From a virus (taxonomy: Duplodnaviria; Heunggongvirae; Uroviricota; Caudoviricetes): DNA of 55,070 nt. The stretch spans positions 128,001 through 183,070 of the IMG/VR virus record IMGVR_UViG_3300047444_000299. One strand, written 5' to 3'. The number at the start of each line of letters is the position of its first letter. Positions within the stretch are counted from its first letter, which is position 1. The position numbers and the translations under genes were made by a program. Of the stretch, positions 43,647-52,127 are shown piece after piece. The notes under the pieces are model-generated. The model had not been told where the DNA came from. It saw only the letters and a list, made by a program, of their open reading frames with translations, and searched no databases.

Positions 43647-43772
43647 AGGATGGTAACAGCAATTTAATCATTCCTTTTGGCGGACGTATATTGGGGGTTC
43701 AAGTCCCCCACCCGGACATTGAGTCGGGTTGGCGGAATTGGTAGACGCGCGTAGATAAAATTCCATCCTGTT
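43647..43772 (+). ncRNA. ACAGCA-family RNA copy 9 (YrlA-like permuted tRNA cargo)
   Basis: AGGATGG-TA-ACAGCAA...CCATCCT-GTT; GGGGG-TTCAAGT-CCCCC, ACCCGG/TCGGGT, TGGCGGAATTGGTAGACGC. Confidence 0.8.
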
Positions 43773-43775
43773 AAA

Positions 43776-43851
43776 GCAGTCTTAGCCAAGTTGGTAAGGC
43801 AGGCGATTCTAAATCCCCTATGCACGGGTTCGAGTCCCGTAGACTGCACCA
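43776..43851 (+). tRNA. tRNA with CTA anticodon (amber suppressor type)
   Basis: GCAGTCT/AGACTGC-ACCA, canonical D and T arms, loop TTCTAAA. Confidence 0.82.
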
Positions 43852-43865
43852 AATTTGAGAGAACT

Positions 43866-44138
43866 ATGAACGAATCGGATTTTAAATCATCGTTAGCCGC
43901 TACATTGATATCCCGTTCTGGGAACCGGTTTGTGGTTAGCTCGAATGATAGGGCTGTATCGTTCTATACTGTTACCGAATGCTTTGTTGAATTCTATTTT
44001 GTCGATCCTACTAGATTGGCAGCCGGGTTCAACCCAATTCGACTAAATTATGGTCAAATCACATACCTGATTCTAAACCCGGACAAAAGAACATTCCCCG
44101 ATGGGATTAGTATCAGCGTCCCTTATCATTATTGGTAA
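43866..44138 (+). CDS. Hypothetical protein
   Basis: ATG 43866 after GAGAG. Confidence 0.58.
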   Translation: MNESDFKSSLAATLISRSGNRFVVSSNDRAVSFYTVTECFVEFYFVDPTRLAAGFNPIRLNYGQITYLILNPDKRTFPDGISISVPYHYW

Positions 44139-44142
44139 AATC

Positions 44143-44472
44143 ATGAAAGAATAGAAAGTAAGCTGTAATTGCAAATCATCCGATTTAGTCTATGGAATAT
44201 TTGACCCAAAGACCAATAAATTGCATCGGGTTTCATTCAGTCGTAGTTTGATGGAATGGATTGTCGAGAAATACTTTCCCGAAATGGAATGTATCAAAAT
44301 GCAATTTACCAGAGGTTTGAAATTAAATGGTGGAACATCCCGTGGCGCGTATGCTATCGTAGGCAGCTCCAAGGACGTGGTATTGCGTGTAGCCCTGAGA
44401 AAAGAGCTGGCGGATATCTACACCGATAATGTTTACCGACACCAAGAAGAAATCTTCTTGGAACGAATTTGA
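44143..44472 (+). CDS. Hypothetical protein with in-frame TAG at codon 4 (readthrough candidate or pseudogene)
   Basis: ATG AAA GAA TAG AAA GTA..., open and in frame with ORF 44221-44472. Confidence 0.5.
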
Positions 44473-44484
44473 GAGAAATAGATT

Positions 44485-44916
44485 ATGATGTATGAAATCA
44501 GCGCAGTAACCGATGGTGGCGTTGGCATAGCCGACAAAATTCGATGGATCAAACAGTTCCGTGAAGAAGTTGGGTGTGGGCTGAGAGAAGCCAAAAACCT
44601 GTGCGATTATATCGATGCGCGAATTCAGCGTGGCGGTAAGATCGTGATTGATACCAAATTTCAAACTCAGTTTGCATATCTGGATAATTATCCACGTATT
44701 CGTCAGGGTTATTCCATTATGGCCCGTATGGTCAATCGTGGATTCAAATCCGAAGACAACGAACTTGATCAAATTTTGAACAAGATTGATGCAAAGATTC
44801 TCAGGAATTCCAAGCCTTCAAAATCCGCTGATGTGATTTTGAAGCAAACCGCAATCACCTTGATTCGCGGTGGTCATATCAAACATGCCAAAGGTGTGCT
44901 TGAGATTTTGATGTAA
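44485..44916 (+). CDS. Protein with ribosomal L7/L12 C-terminal-like motif
   Basis: KIRWIKQFREEVGCGLREAKNLCD. Confidence 0.6.
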   Translation: MMYEISAVTDGGVGIADKIRWIKQFREEVGCGLREAKNLCDYIDARIQRGGKIVIDTKFQTQFAYLDNYPRIRQGYSIMARMVNRGFKSEDNELDQILNKIDAKILRNSKPSKSADVILKQTAITLIRGGHIKHAKGVLEILM

Positions 44917-44926
44917 TAGTAAACAT

Positions 44927-45000
44927 GTCCGGTTGGCCGAGTGGTTAGGCAGTGGATTGCAAATCCACCTAGAGCAGTCCGATTCTGCTACTGGACTCCA
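44927..45000 (+). tRNA. tRNA-Cys (GCA)
   Basis: GTGGA-TTGCAAA-TCCAC, U73, CCA. Confidence 0.87.
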
Positions 45001-45005
45001 AATTT

Positions 45006-45090
45006 GCCAGATTGGCGTAATTGGCAGGCGCAGGAAACTTAAAATTTCCCGGCTACGGTCGTGCGGGTTCGAGTCCCGCATCTGGCACCA
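45006..45090 (+). tRNA. tRNA-Leu (TAA)
   Basis: GGAAA-CTTAAAA-TTTCC, V arm, ACCA. Confidence 0.92.
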
Positions 45091-45101
45091 AATAAGGATG
45101 A

Positions 45102-45539
45102 ATGATGGTATTCTGGAAACGGAAAGCTATTAATAATGGCGATCAAAACGTCACTGAGCTAACCGTACTGGAATGGAAGCCGCTATTCAGCATAAAGCTG
45201 TTTCACTTCCATGAAAGTACAGGTTGTCAAGATCGGTTTCATACCCATTCATTCAATTCGATAAGTCTGTTGCTCAAGGGTAACTACATCGAAGAAAAAA
45301 TAATCGATCAAAAGATTATACCAATGGATCGAAATCGTAGCCGCTTGATCTATATTCCAAACGGCGAATATCATCGAATTACCAAGAGCAATGGTTGTTG
45401 GACACTTCTAATCACCGGCCCTTGGAAATCATATTGGAAAGAATTGATGGAACTCGGAAACGACCGTTACCAAATGGTTGTCATGGGTGAAGGTCGCGTA
45501 CCGATCAGAGCTGGCAAAATCGTGACATTAAAAGACTAA
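45102..45539 (+). CDS. Cupin-fold protein
   Basis: HTHSFN...G.YIEE...YHRI...WTLLITGP. Confidence 0.7.
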   Translation: MMVFWKRKAINNGDQNVTELTVLEWKPLFSIKLFHFHESTGCQDRFHTHSFNSISLLLKGNYIEEKIIDQKIIPMDRNRSRLIYIPNGEYHRITKSNGCWTLLITGPWKSYWKELMELGNDRYQMVVMGEGRVPIRAGKIVTLKD

Positions 45540-45625
45540 GAGGTCGAGAACCAGTATACCGCTGGGGAACGGCTTCAACGGTTCTGGTTAAATTGACCAG
45601 ACGTTCCACTACGAAAGTGTGATAG

Positions 45626-45662
45626 AAGGCCAGATTCAGTTTTGATTGAATCTGGCCTTTTT
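45626..45662 (+). terminator. Intrinsic terminator closing the RNA region
   Basis: AAGGCCAGATTCA...TGAATCTGGCCTTTTT. Confidence 0.8.
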
Positions 45663-45668
45663 GCATTC

Positions 45669-45699
45669 TGTTTAGAATGGCTTGAAACTGTGGTACTAT
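45669..45699 (+). promoter_or_regulatory. Early-type promoter for gene 55 operon
   Basis: TGTTTAG-N18-TACTAT with TGTGG. Confidence 0.75.
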
Positions 45700-45731
45700 A
45701 TGTGATATACACCCCGAAACTGAGAACCTTG

Positions 45732-46238
45732 ATGTCTTATGTAGATAATAAAATTTTATACGCCGAAATGGTTGCATGGCAAGAACGGCGCGCAATAAAC
45801 CCGGATGCAGAAATGAGTCCGTTTATTGCAAATGCCATTCTATCAATCGCTAATGGACTAACCAAGCTGTGGAAGTTTCAGAATTACACTTGGAAGCAGG
45901 AAATGGAAGGGGATGCAATTGAAATTTGCTGCCGATACCTGCACAAGTACGATACCCAATACAAAAACGTTCACGCCTATATTACCAAGACCTGTGAACG
46001 GGCTTTCATCAATCGTTTGAAGAAAGAAAACAAACAACTGAAAGTCAAGTACCGCTATTACCTTGAGGCGATTCCCGACCTTGAGGAATTTGATGAAGAC
46101 GGCAACCCAATACAGTTTGATTACTCATTCTATAAAGATATGGGTGAAAAGCTCAAGGGCGATCCGTTCTCCTACAACAAAGACAAAGACGAACCAGAGT
46201 CGGACGAGTCGATTGGATTAAGTGAGTTTTTAGTTTAA
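45732..46238 (+). CDS. 55: Late transcription sigma factor gp55
   Basis: YVDNKILY, F.NYTWKQEMEGDAIE, AYIT..C..AFI.RLKKE. Confidence 0.92.
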   Translation: MSYVDNKILYAEMVAWQERRAINPDAEMSPFIANAILSIANGLTKLWKFQNYTWKQEMEGDAIEICCRYLHKYDTQYKNVHAYITKTCERAFINRLKKENKQLKVKYRYYLEAIPDLEEFDEDGNPIQFDYSFYKDMGEKLKGDPFSYNKDKDEPESDESIGLSEFLV

Positions 46239-47275
46239 TGGCAAAAATTTTACTACTCGGTGATCTGCATTTCGGTCATCGCAACGGCGATAAAGAGACT
46301 GCCGAATACCAGATGCAGGTATTTGATCAATTCATCTTTCCGCTGATCAAGAAACGCAAGATCAAACACATATTTCAGTCCGGGGACTTTTTCGATTCCC
46401 GGAAGGCTATCCGCCATGATACGATGGAATTGGTTCGTGAGTATTTTATTCCGAAAACCAAAGGTCAAGAATGGCATGTGATCGTGGGCAACCATGATAT
46501 GCACCTACGGGAAAATATATTCCCGAACTCTGTTCAAGAGCTTCTGTCACAATATCAGAACTTCACGGTCTATAACCAACCGAAGACTGTAGAAATTGAT
46601 GGTATTGCGATTGATATGATTCCTTGGATCTGCCGGGATAACCGTCAGGAAATCATGGAATTCATCAATTCCAGTGCCAGCAACCTTTGCCTTGGACACT
46701 TTGAATTGGCTGGGTTTGAGTATTACAAGGGCATCGAATCATCCGGTGAATCATCAAATTTCCTGAATAACTATTCTCAGGTTTGGTCTGGACACTTCCA
46801 CACCATTTCGAAGAATAAGCATATCCAGTACATCGGCACCCCTTACCAGTTGACCTATGGTGATGCGGACGATGATCGCGGGGTTTGGATATTTGACACC
46901 GACGATAGCAGCTTTGAGTTTGTATCAAATAACATGCCGAAATTCAGTCGTATCTATTTCGATGCTGATACATTTGATGCAAAAAAACTGGAACGATACG
47001 CCGGGATGAACATCAAGATTACCGTCAAAAATCGCGGTGATGTCAAGAAGTTCGAAAAGCTGATCGAAGCCATTGCAGCAGTTGCGCATGAAATCTCGGT
47101 AATTGATCGAATCGATGTGAGTCAGGCTACAGCCTCGGGTAAAATCACCGTGTCTGCGATCCGTACAGTCGATGAAATTGTTGACGAATATATTGATGCA
47201 TTGGAAGAAACCGATGCTGATAAGAATAAAATCAAACGTATCATGGCCGGACTACTAGCAGACGCACAGAAATGA
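46238..47275 (+). CDS. 47: Recombination endonuclease gp47 (Mre11-like)
   Basis: GDLHFG, GDFFD, GNHD, SGHFH. Confidence 0.95.
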   Translation: MAKILLLGDLHFGHRNGDKETAEYQMQVFDQFIFPLIKKRKIKHIFQSGDFFDSRKAIRHDTMELVREYFIPKTKGQEWHVIVGNHDMHLRENIFPNSVQELLSQYQNFTVYNQPKTVEIDGIAIDMIPWICRDNRQEIMEFINSSASNLCLGHFELAGFEYYKGIESSGESSNFLNNYSQVWSGHFHTISKNKHIQYIGTPYQLTYGDADDDRGVWIFDTDDSSFEFVSNNMPKFSRIYFDADTFDAKKLERYAGMNIKITVKNRGDVKKFEKLIEAIAAVAHEISVIDRIDVSQATASGKITVSAIRTVDEIVDEYIDALEETDADKNKIKRIMAGLLADAQK

Positions 47276-48981
47276 TCAAATTCACTAAGATCGAAGCCAA
47301 GAACATCATGTCGGTTGGTAACAAGCCAATCACGATAGAATTGGATTCTCATAAGAAAACCCTGATTTCCGGTAAGAACGGCTCGGGTAAGTCAACTATT
47401 CTGGTCGAATCGTTGGCGTTTGCGCTATACGGCAAACCGTATCGTGATATCAATAAGCCACAATTGGTCAATACCTTCAACAAAAAGGGTCTGATGGTCA
47501 ACCTGTGGTTTAGCATTGGTAAGACCGAATTTGAGATTCGCCGGGGTATTGGCCCGAATCTGTTCCAGATTTACAAAGAGGGGATTTTGATCCCGGAAGA
47601 CGCTTCTGTGGGCGACTACCAGACCTACCTAGAGAAAGCCATTCTAGGCATGTCCTACAAGACCTTCAAACAGCTTGTGGTGCTTGGTACGGCTGGGTTC
47701 ACCCCCTTCATGCAGATGAAGACTGCCGACCGCCGTACAGTCGTTGAAGACCTCCTAGAGCTACATCTATTCAGTAAGATGACCGCCGATAACAAGGAAC
47801 TGATTGCAACGATCCAGAACAGCATTACCCAAGCTGACCACAACATTGATTTGCTGGAACAGAAAAATCAATTGCTTGAGCGGCAACAGGCGGAATCCAA
47901 GGATCAAGCAGACGCCAAGATTGTTGAATTGGGTGTGCGACATTCCGATTTGGATCAAATGCTGGGTGGTTCGAGAATCAAGGTAGCATCATCGAAAGCC
48001 TCGATTGAGAAATTGGAATCTGCGGTTAGTGATGGTTCGTACAAAACCGAAATGGCAGTTTTGATGCAAACCCTTGGTAACCAACGGGCACAGGTGGGCG
48101 CTGCTGAAAAGATGCGCGGCTTCCTGTCTGACAACTCCAATTGCCCGGTTTGTACTCAGGCGATTGAACAGGATTTCCGTAACAAGAAAATCTTTGCGTT
48201 GGATATGGAAATCGATCAATTGGGCTTTGAAACCTCGATTGCCACCGAATCGCTGGAAACCCATCGGAAGGTGCAGACCCGCGATCAATTGATCCAATCC
48301 AAGGTTGCTGAATTCAAACAGACCGTGGCGGTAGAATCCGCAAACATCCGCCAGTACGAATCTCAAATCGAATCCATCAAATTGGAAATCGAAAAGATCC
48401 GTGGGAAGGAATTCAAGGACAATTCCGCTGTACTGGTTGCCTTGAAAACCAAGCGTGAACAGCTACGCGAGCAACGTGATGATTTGGTCAATGATAAGTA
48501 TTGCCATGCGGTAATCACGGCCATGCTGAAAGACACGGGTGTGAAATCGGTTGTCATAAACCAATTCATTCCGGTTGTCAATGATTTGATCAACAAATAT
48601 CTAGCTGATTTCGGCGCTCCTTATAGCTTCGAGCTGGATTCGGAATTCAATGAAACCATCAAGACCCGTGGGATGGAGAGCTTTAGCTATAACAGCTTTA
48701 GTCAGGGTCAAAAATTCCGAATCGATCTAGCGATCCTGTTCGCATGGCGGGATTTGATCCATCAACGCACAGGCTCGATGTTGAACCTGATGGTCATGGA
48801 TGAAGTCATGGACTCAGCGGCAGATACCGATGGTATCGAATGTCTGGTCGAGATTCTGGATCGAATCAAGGAATCGGTCTTTATCATAAGTCATAACGAA
48901 AAGCTAGACGCTATGGATTTTGACCGACGAATCGACGTGCGCTTAGTCGGACGTTTTTCTGAAATTGAAGAATCGAAATAA
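47272..48981 (+). CDS. 46: Recombination ATPase gp46 (Rad50-like)
   Basis: GKNGSGKS, CPVC hook, FSQGQ, MDEVMD. Confidence 0.95.
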   Translation: MIKFTKIEAKNIMSVGNKPITIELDSHKKTLISGKNGSGKSTILVESLAFALYGKPYRDINKPQLVNTFNKKGLMVNLWFSIGKTEFEIRRGIGPNLFQIYKEGILIPEDASVGDYQTYLEKAILGMSYKTFKQLVVLGTAGFTPFMQMKTADRRTVVEDLLELHLFSKMTADNKELIATIQNSITQADHNIDLLEQKNQLLERQQAESKDQADAKIVELGVRHSDLDQMLGGSRIKVASSKASIEKLESAVSDGSYKTEMAVLMQTLGNQRAQVGAAEKMRGFLSDNSNCPVCTQAIEQDFRNKKIFALDMEIDQLGFETSIATESLETHRKVQTRDQLIQSKVAEFKQTVAVESANIRQYESQIESIKLEIEKIRGKEFKDNSAVLVALKTKREQLREQRDDLVNDKYCHAVITAMLKDTGVKSVVINQFIPVVNDLINKYLADFGAPYSFELDSEFNETIKTRGMESFSYNSFSQGQKFRIDLAILFAWRDLIHQRTGSMLNLMVMDEVMDSAADTDGIECLVEILDRIKESVFIISHNEKLDAMDFDRRIDVRLVGRFSEIEESK

Positions 48982-48993
48982 AATAGTCGATTG

Positions 48994-49024
48994 TGTTTAG
49001 GAACAAGCGGTTACGGTGTATGAT
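48994..49024 (+). promoter_or_regulatory. Early-type promoter
   Basis: TGTTTAG-N18-TATGAT. Confidence 0.7.
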
Positions 49025-49073
49025 TGCTGACATAACCAGCCGTAACCAACTGTTTCTTGTGAGGATTTTAGTA

Positions 49074-49454
49074 ATGAGCAAAAGTGAATGTTTCGAACAC
49101 GATATCGCCGTTCGTGCTGCTTGGATGGAAAAGCTGACCGAAGATCAGTTGTTCATGCTGCGCGGTGATAAGAAAACCAATGTCGGTGGGATGGTGAAAG
49201 CCCAACGCTTCGAAGTCTACAAAGCAATCGATGAACTCGTTAAAGCTCGGTATCTGGAAACCCTGATCGTAGCGAACAAAGACCTGTTCACCATCCACGT
49301 TAAAGGCTACGGCCCAATCCGCCAGTCGAAAGATCAACTGCCAACCGACCTGAGAATGTCCGGCGTAGCATTTGATGTAATCGCTGAGCTGGATTTCAAA
49401 GCCCTGACCAAACCCAAACCAGTTGCCCCACCCGTTGAGAGTGCCACCGAATAA
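49074..49454 (+). CDS. Hypothetical protein upstream of gene 45 (rpbA position in T4)
   Basis: GAGGA RBS, ATG 49074; homology not recognised. Confidence 0.65.
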   Translation: MSKSECFEHDIAVRAAWMEKLTEDQLFMLRGDKKTNVGGMVKAQRFEVYKAIDELVKARYLETLIVANKDLFTIHVKGYGPIRQSKDQLPTDLRMSGVAFDVIAELDFKALTKPKPVAPPVESATE

Positions 49455-50125
49455 TGCAAATCTGTAAAGCCACCCTTGATACCCTGAAAAATTTCAGCGG
49501 CATCAACCCGTCGATTGTTCTGCGTGCCGGTAACGAAATCAGCACCATGAACAACCACAAATCTGTAATCGCATATGCCATCGTACCTGAAACCTTCCCG
49601 GTTGAATGCGGCATCTACGACTTGAACAACTTCATTTCGACCATCAACCTGTTCGATAATGTTGATATCGCATTCGGAACAGAATTCGCGTCCATCACTG
49701 GTGGTACGTCGCAGTGTACCTACGGGTATTCTGAAAAAGATGTAATTGTTAGTCCGTCGAAAAAAGTATCGTTTCCCGGCGCTGATATCGAATTTGATCT
49801 AACCAAAGACACCTTTGAAAAGATCATGAAGGCTGCATCTACGCTGAGCCTGTCCACCCTGACGATCACCCGCAACAGCAAGGATGAAATTGTCCTGAAA
49901 GCGATTGATCCAAAGAACCCGAACTCCAACGCTTATAGCGTGGTTGTGGGCACGGATTTGAGCGGCCATACCTACGACCTGTCGGTTCCGGTAGACCTGC
50001 TGAAAATGGTTCGTGGTGATTACAAGGTTGGTGTGTCGTACAAACTGATCACCAAATTTGAAGCAACCGATATCGAATATTACGTTGCTCTGGACAAGAC
50101 CAGTACCTTTACCAAGGCTGAATAA
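49454..50125 (+). CDS. 45: Sliding clamp gp45
   Basis: LKNFSGINPSI, GIYDLNNF, YYVALD. Confidence 0.95.
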   Translation: MQICKATLDTLKNFSGINPSIVLRAGNEISTMNNHKSVIAYAIVPETFPVECGIYDLNNFISTINLFDNVDIAFGTEFASITGGTSQCTYGYSEKDVIVSPSKKVSFPGADIEFDLTKDTFEKIMKAASTLSLSTLTITRNSKDEIVLKAIDPKNPNSNAYSVVVGTDLSGHTYDLSVPVDLLKMVRGDYKVGVSYKLITKFEATDIEYYVALDKTSTFTKAE

Positions 50126-51075
50126 TGAGCGTTAATCCGAGAGACTGGCTTTGGGAGACGAAATATCGTCCCCAAACGCTGGAAGAATGCATTCTGCCCG
50201 AACAGATGAAATCGGATTTTAAAGCGATGGTTGCGGGCGGCGAAATCAAAAACATGATTCTCGCTAGCTGCAACCCCGGCACAGGAAAAACGACGGTAGC
50301 CCAAGCAATCTGTAACGAACTCGATGCGGATGTGTTGTTCATCAACGCCTCTAAAGAGTCCGGGATTGACGTGTTCCGAAATGATGTAACCAAGTTCGCA
50401 TCAACGATTTCTATGATGTCGAATTGCAAGGTCATCATTCTGGACGAAGCTGATAACCTGTCTGACGCGGCTCAAAAAGCCTTCCGTGGGATCATCGAAG
50501 AATTCTCGGTATCGTGCCGATTCATTCTGACGTGTAACTACGTGAATCAGATCATTGAGCCGATCCGTAGTCGAATGATGCAATACGAATTCAGCATTCC
50601 ACAAGCTGAGAAAGCTACGATGATGAAAGGCCAGATTATGCGCTGCCTTGACATTCTGGCTAAAGAAGGCATTACGGTTGAAAGCAAAATGGCCGTGGCG
50701 GAACTGGTGAAACGCAAGTTCCCTGACAACCGGGCGATGTTGGTAACGCTGCAAACCTATTCGATGAAAGGTGTGATTGATGAAGGCATTTTAGGTCGGG
50801 TTACTTCCGGGTCTGATGTCGAAGTTATGATTGGGCATTTGAAAGCCAAGAAGTTCAACGAAATTCGGGCATTGGTTCCGAAGTTCGCAAGCGATTATCC
50901 GACTTTCATTCGTGCGATCTACGACACCCTGTATACCTTGGCGAAGCCTGCCAGTATTCCGACCATGATTGAAATCATCGGTATGAATCAGGAAGCGTAT
51001 AGCCGGGTGCCGGATATCGAAATTCACATGAACTGGTTGATGGTGCAATTGATGACCAACGTGGAATTTGTGTGA
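50125..51075 (+). CDS. 44: Clamp loader large subunit gp44
   Basis: KYRPQTLEECILP, PGTGKTT, ILDEAD. Confidence 0.95.
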   Translation: MSVNPRDWLWETKYRPQTLEECILPEQMKSDFKAMVAGGEIKNMILASCNPGTGKTTVAQAICNELDADVLFINASKESGIDVFRNDVTKFASTISMMSNCKVIILDEADNLSDAAQKAFRGIIEEFSVSCRFILTCNYVNQIIEPIRSRMMQYEFSIPQAEKATMMKGQIMRCLDILAKEGITVESKMAVAELVKRKFPDNRAMLVTLQTYSMKGVIDEGILGRVTSGSDVEVMIGHLKAKKFNEIRALVPKFASDYPTFIRAIYDTLYTLAKPASIPTMIEIIGMNQEAYSRVPDIEIHMNWLMVQLMTNVEFV

Positions 51076-51260
51076 GACGGGCTATCAAGTTGACAGGTAC
51101 TGATCTTGTATTGGAACTGTCGAAGGTCACTGCCATTAAGACCGATAAGAAAATGATCCACTTGGATGAACTCCCGGATGGAACATGGCGATTGATTTTT
51201 AATGGCAATATGATCCCGGACTTCACGAAAATCGAAGTTATGGAGATTATTCGTGAGTGA
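51072..51260 (+). CDS. Small hypothetical protein inserted between 44 and 62
   Basis: GTGA overlaps on both sides. Confidence 0.55.
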   Translation: MRRAIKLTGTDLVLELSKVTAIKTDKKMIHLDELPDGTWRLIFNGNMIPDFTKIEVMEIIRE

Positions 51261-51657
51261 GAAATTCTCGCCGTTTGATTTCGTGAATTCGATCAACGAC
51301 AAGAAATATATCATGGTTAGCCCCCAGATTGAACGGCAGTATCTGCCGTTCGTTATTAACAGGACGCTAAGCGCGACGTTAGATTCTATGCCGTATGTCG
51401 AATTTCTGAATAGGCATTCGAAGCTACCTAATAAGATGCAATATGACTATTTGTATCATGGGCTTCGGAAAACTAAGCGATATGGCAAGTGGGTAAAGAA
51501 CGAGAAGCATGAGTATCTGGATGACGTGGTGACCTATTTCAAGGTCAGTATGCAAAAAGCCTCAGAACTGTGTGAGCGACTAAGTACGGAGCAACTTCAA
51601 ATCCTTCGGGCCAAAGTGACAAATATTGGTGGTCGGAACGCTGTAAATACTCGGTGA
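51253..51657 (+). CDS. 62: Clamp loader small subunit gp62
   Basis: PFDFVNSIN, Y.PFVINR.LS, KRYGKW. Confidence 0.92.
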   Translation: MSEKFSPFDFVNSINDKKYIMVSPQIERQYLPFVINRTLSATLDSMPYVEFLNRHSKLPNKMQYDYLYHGLRKTKRYGKWVKNEKHEYLDDVVTYFKVSMQKASELCERLSTEQLQILRAKVTNIGGRNAVNTR

Positions 51658-51673
51658 TTAGGAGTATTTCACA

Positions 51674-52066
51674 ATGATTGAAATTGAACTGAGCCAAGAG
51701 GACAGCTTTCCCAAGATCCGGGAAACCCTGACTCGAATTGGTATTGCAAATAACAAGTCCAAGGTAATTTACCAGTCTTGTCATATTTTGAACAAACGTG
51801 GAAAGGTTTACATCGTCCACTTTAAAGAACTTCTGGAACTGGATGGGCGCATTGCCTTGATGACAGAAGAAGACACCGAACGTCGAAACGACATTGCGAA
51901 ACTCTTACAAGAGTGGAAACTTTGCCGGATTGTCAACCCAAATGAAGCAACATCCGAAAGGCGCAACTTGTTTAGGATTATTTCTTACACAGAAGCAAAT
52001 GAAGGTGGTTGGAAAAAGGTTTACAAGTACAACATCGGCGCAAATAAAACTGAGAGCCGTGTTTAA
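51674..52066 (+). CDS. regA: Translational repressor RegA
   Basis: KIRETLTRIGIA, YQSCHIL, YIVHFKELL.LDG. Confidence 0.95.
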   Translation: MIEIELSQEDSFPKIRETLTRIGIANNKSKVIYQSCHILNKRGKVYIVHFKELLELDGRIALMTEEDTERRNDIAKLLQEWKLCRIVNPNEATSERRNLFRIISYTEANEGGWKKVYKYNIGANKTESRV

Positions 52067-52090
52067 GACACGGCTTTTTTATTGTATAAT
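52053..52090 (+). promoter_or_regulatory. Terminator hairpin overlapping promoter for gene 43
   Basis: AGCCGTGT-TTAAG-ACACGGCT-TTTTT; TGTTTAA-N18-TATAAT. Confidence 0.65.
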
Positions 52091-52127
52091 TGGGTATGCA
52101 TCGCCCTTACGCTTGCAAGGATATTGA

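Noticed and set aside
30475-43772. ACAGCAA repeats as a CRISPR array or DNA operator
   Set aside because: Irregular spacing, only 6-7 nt identical, and flanks covary as an RNA helix
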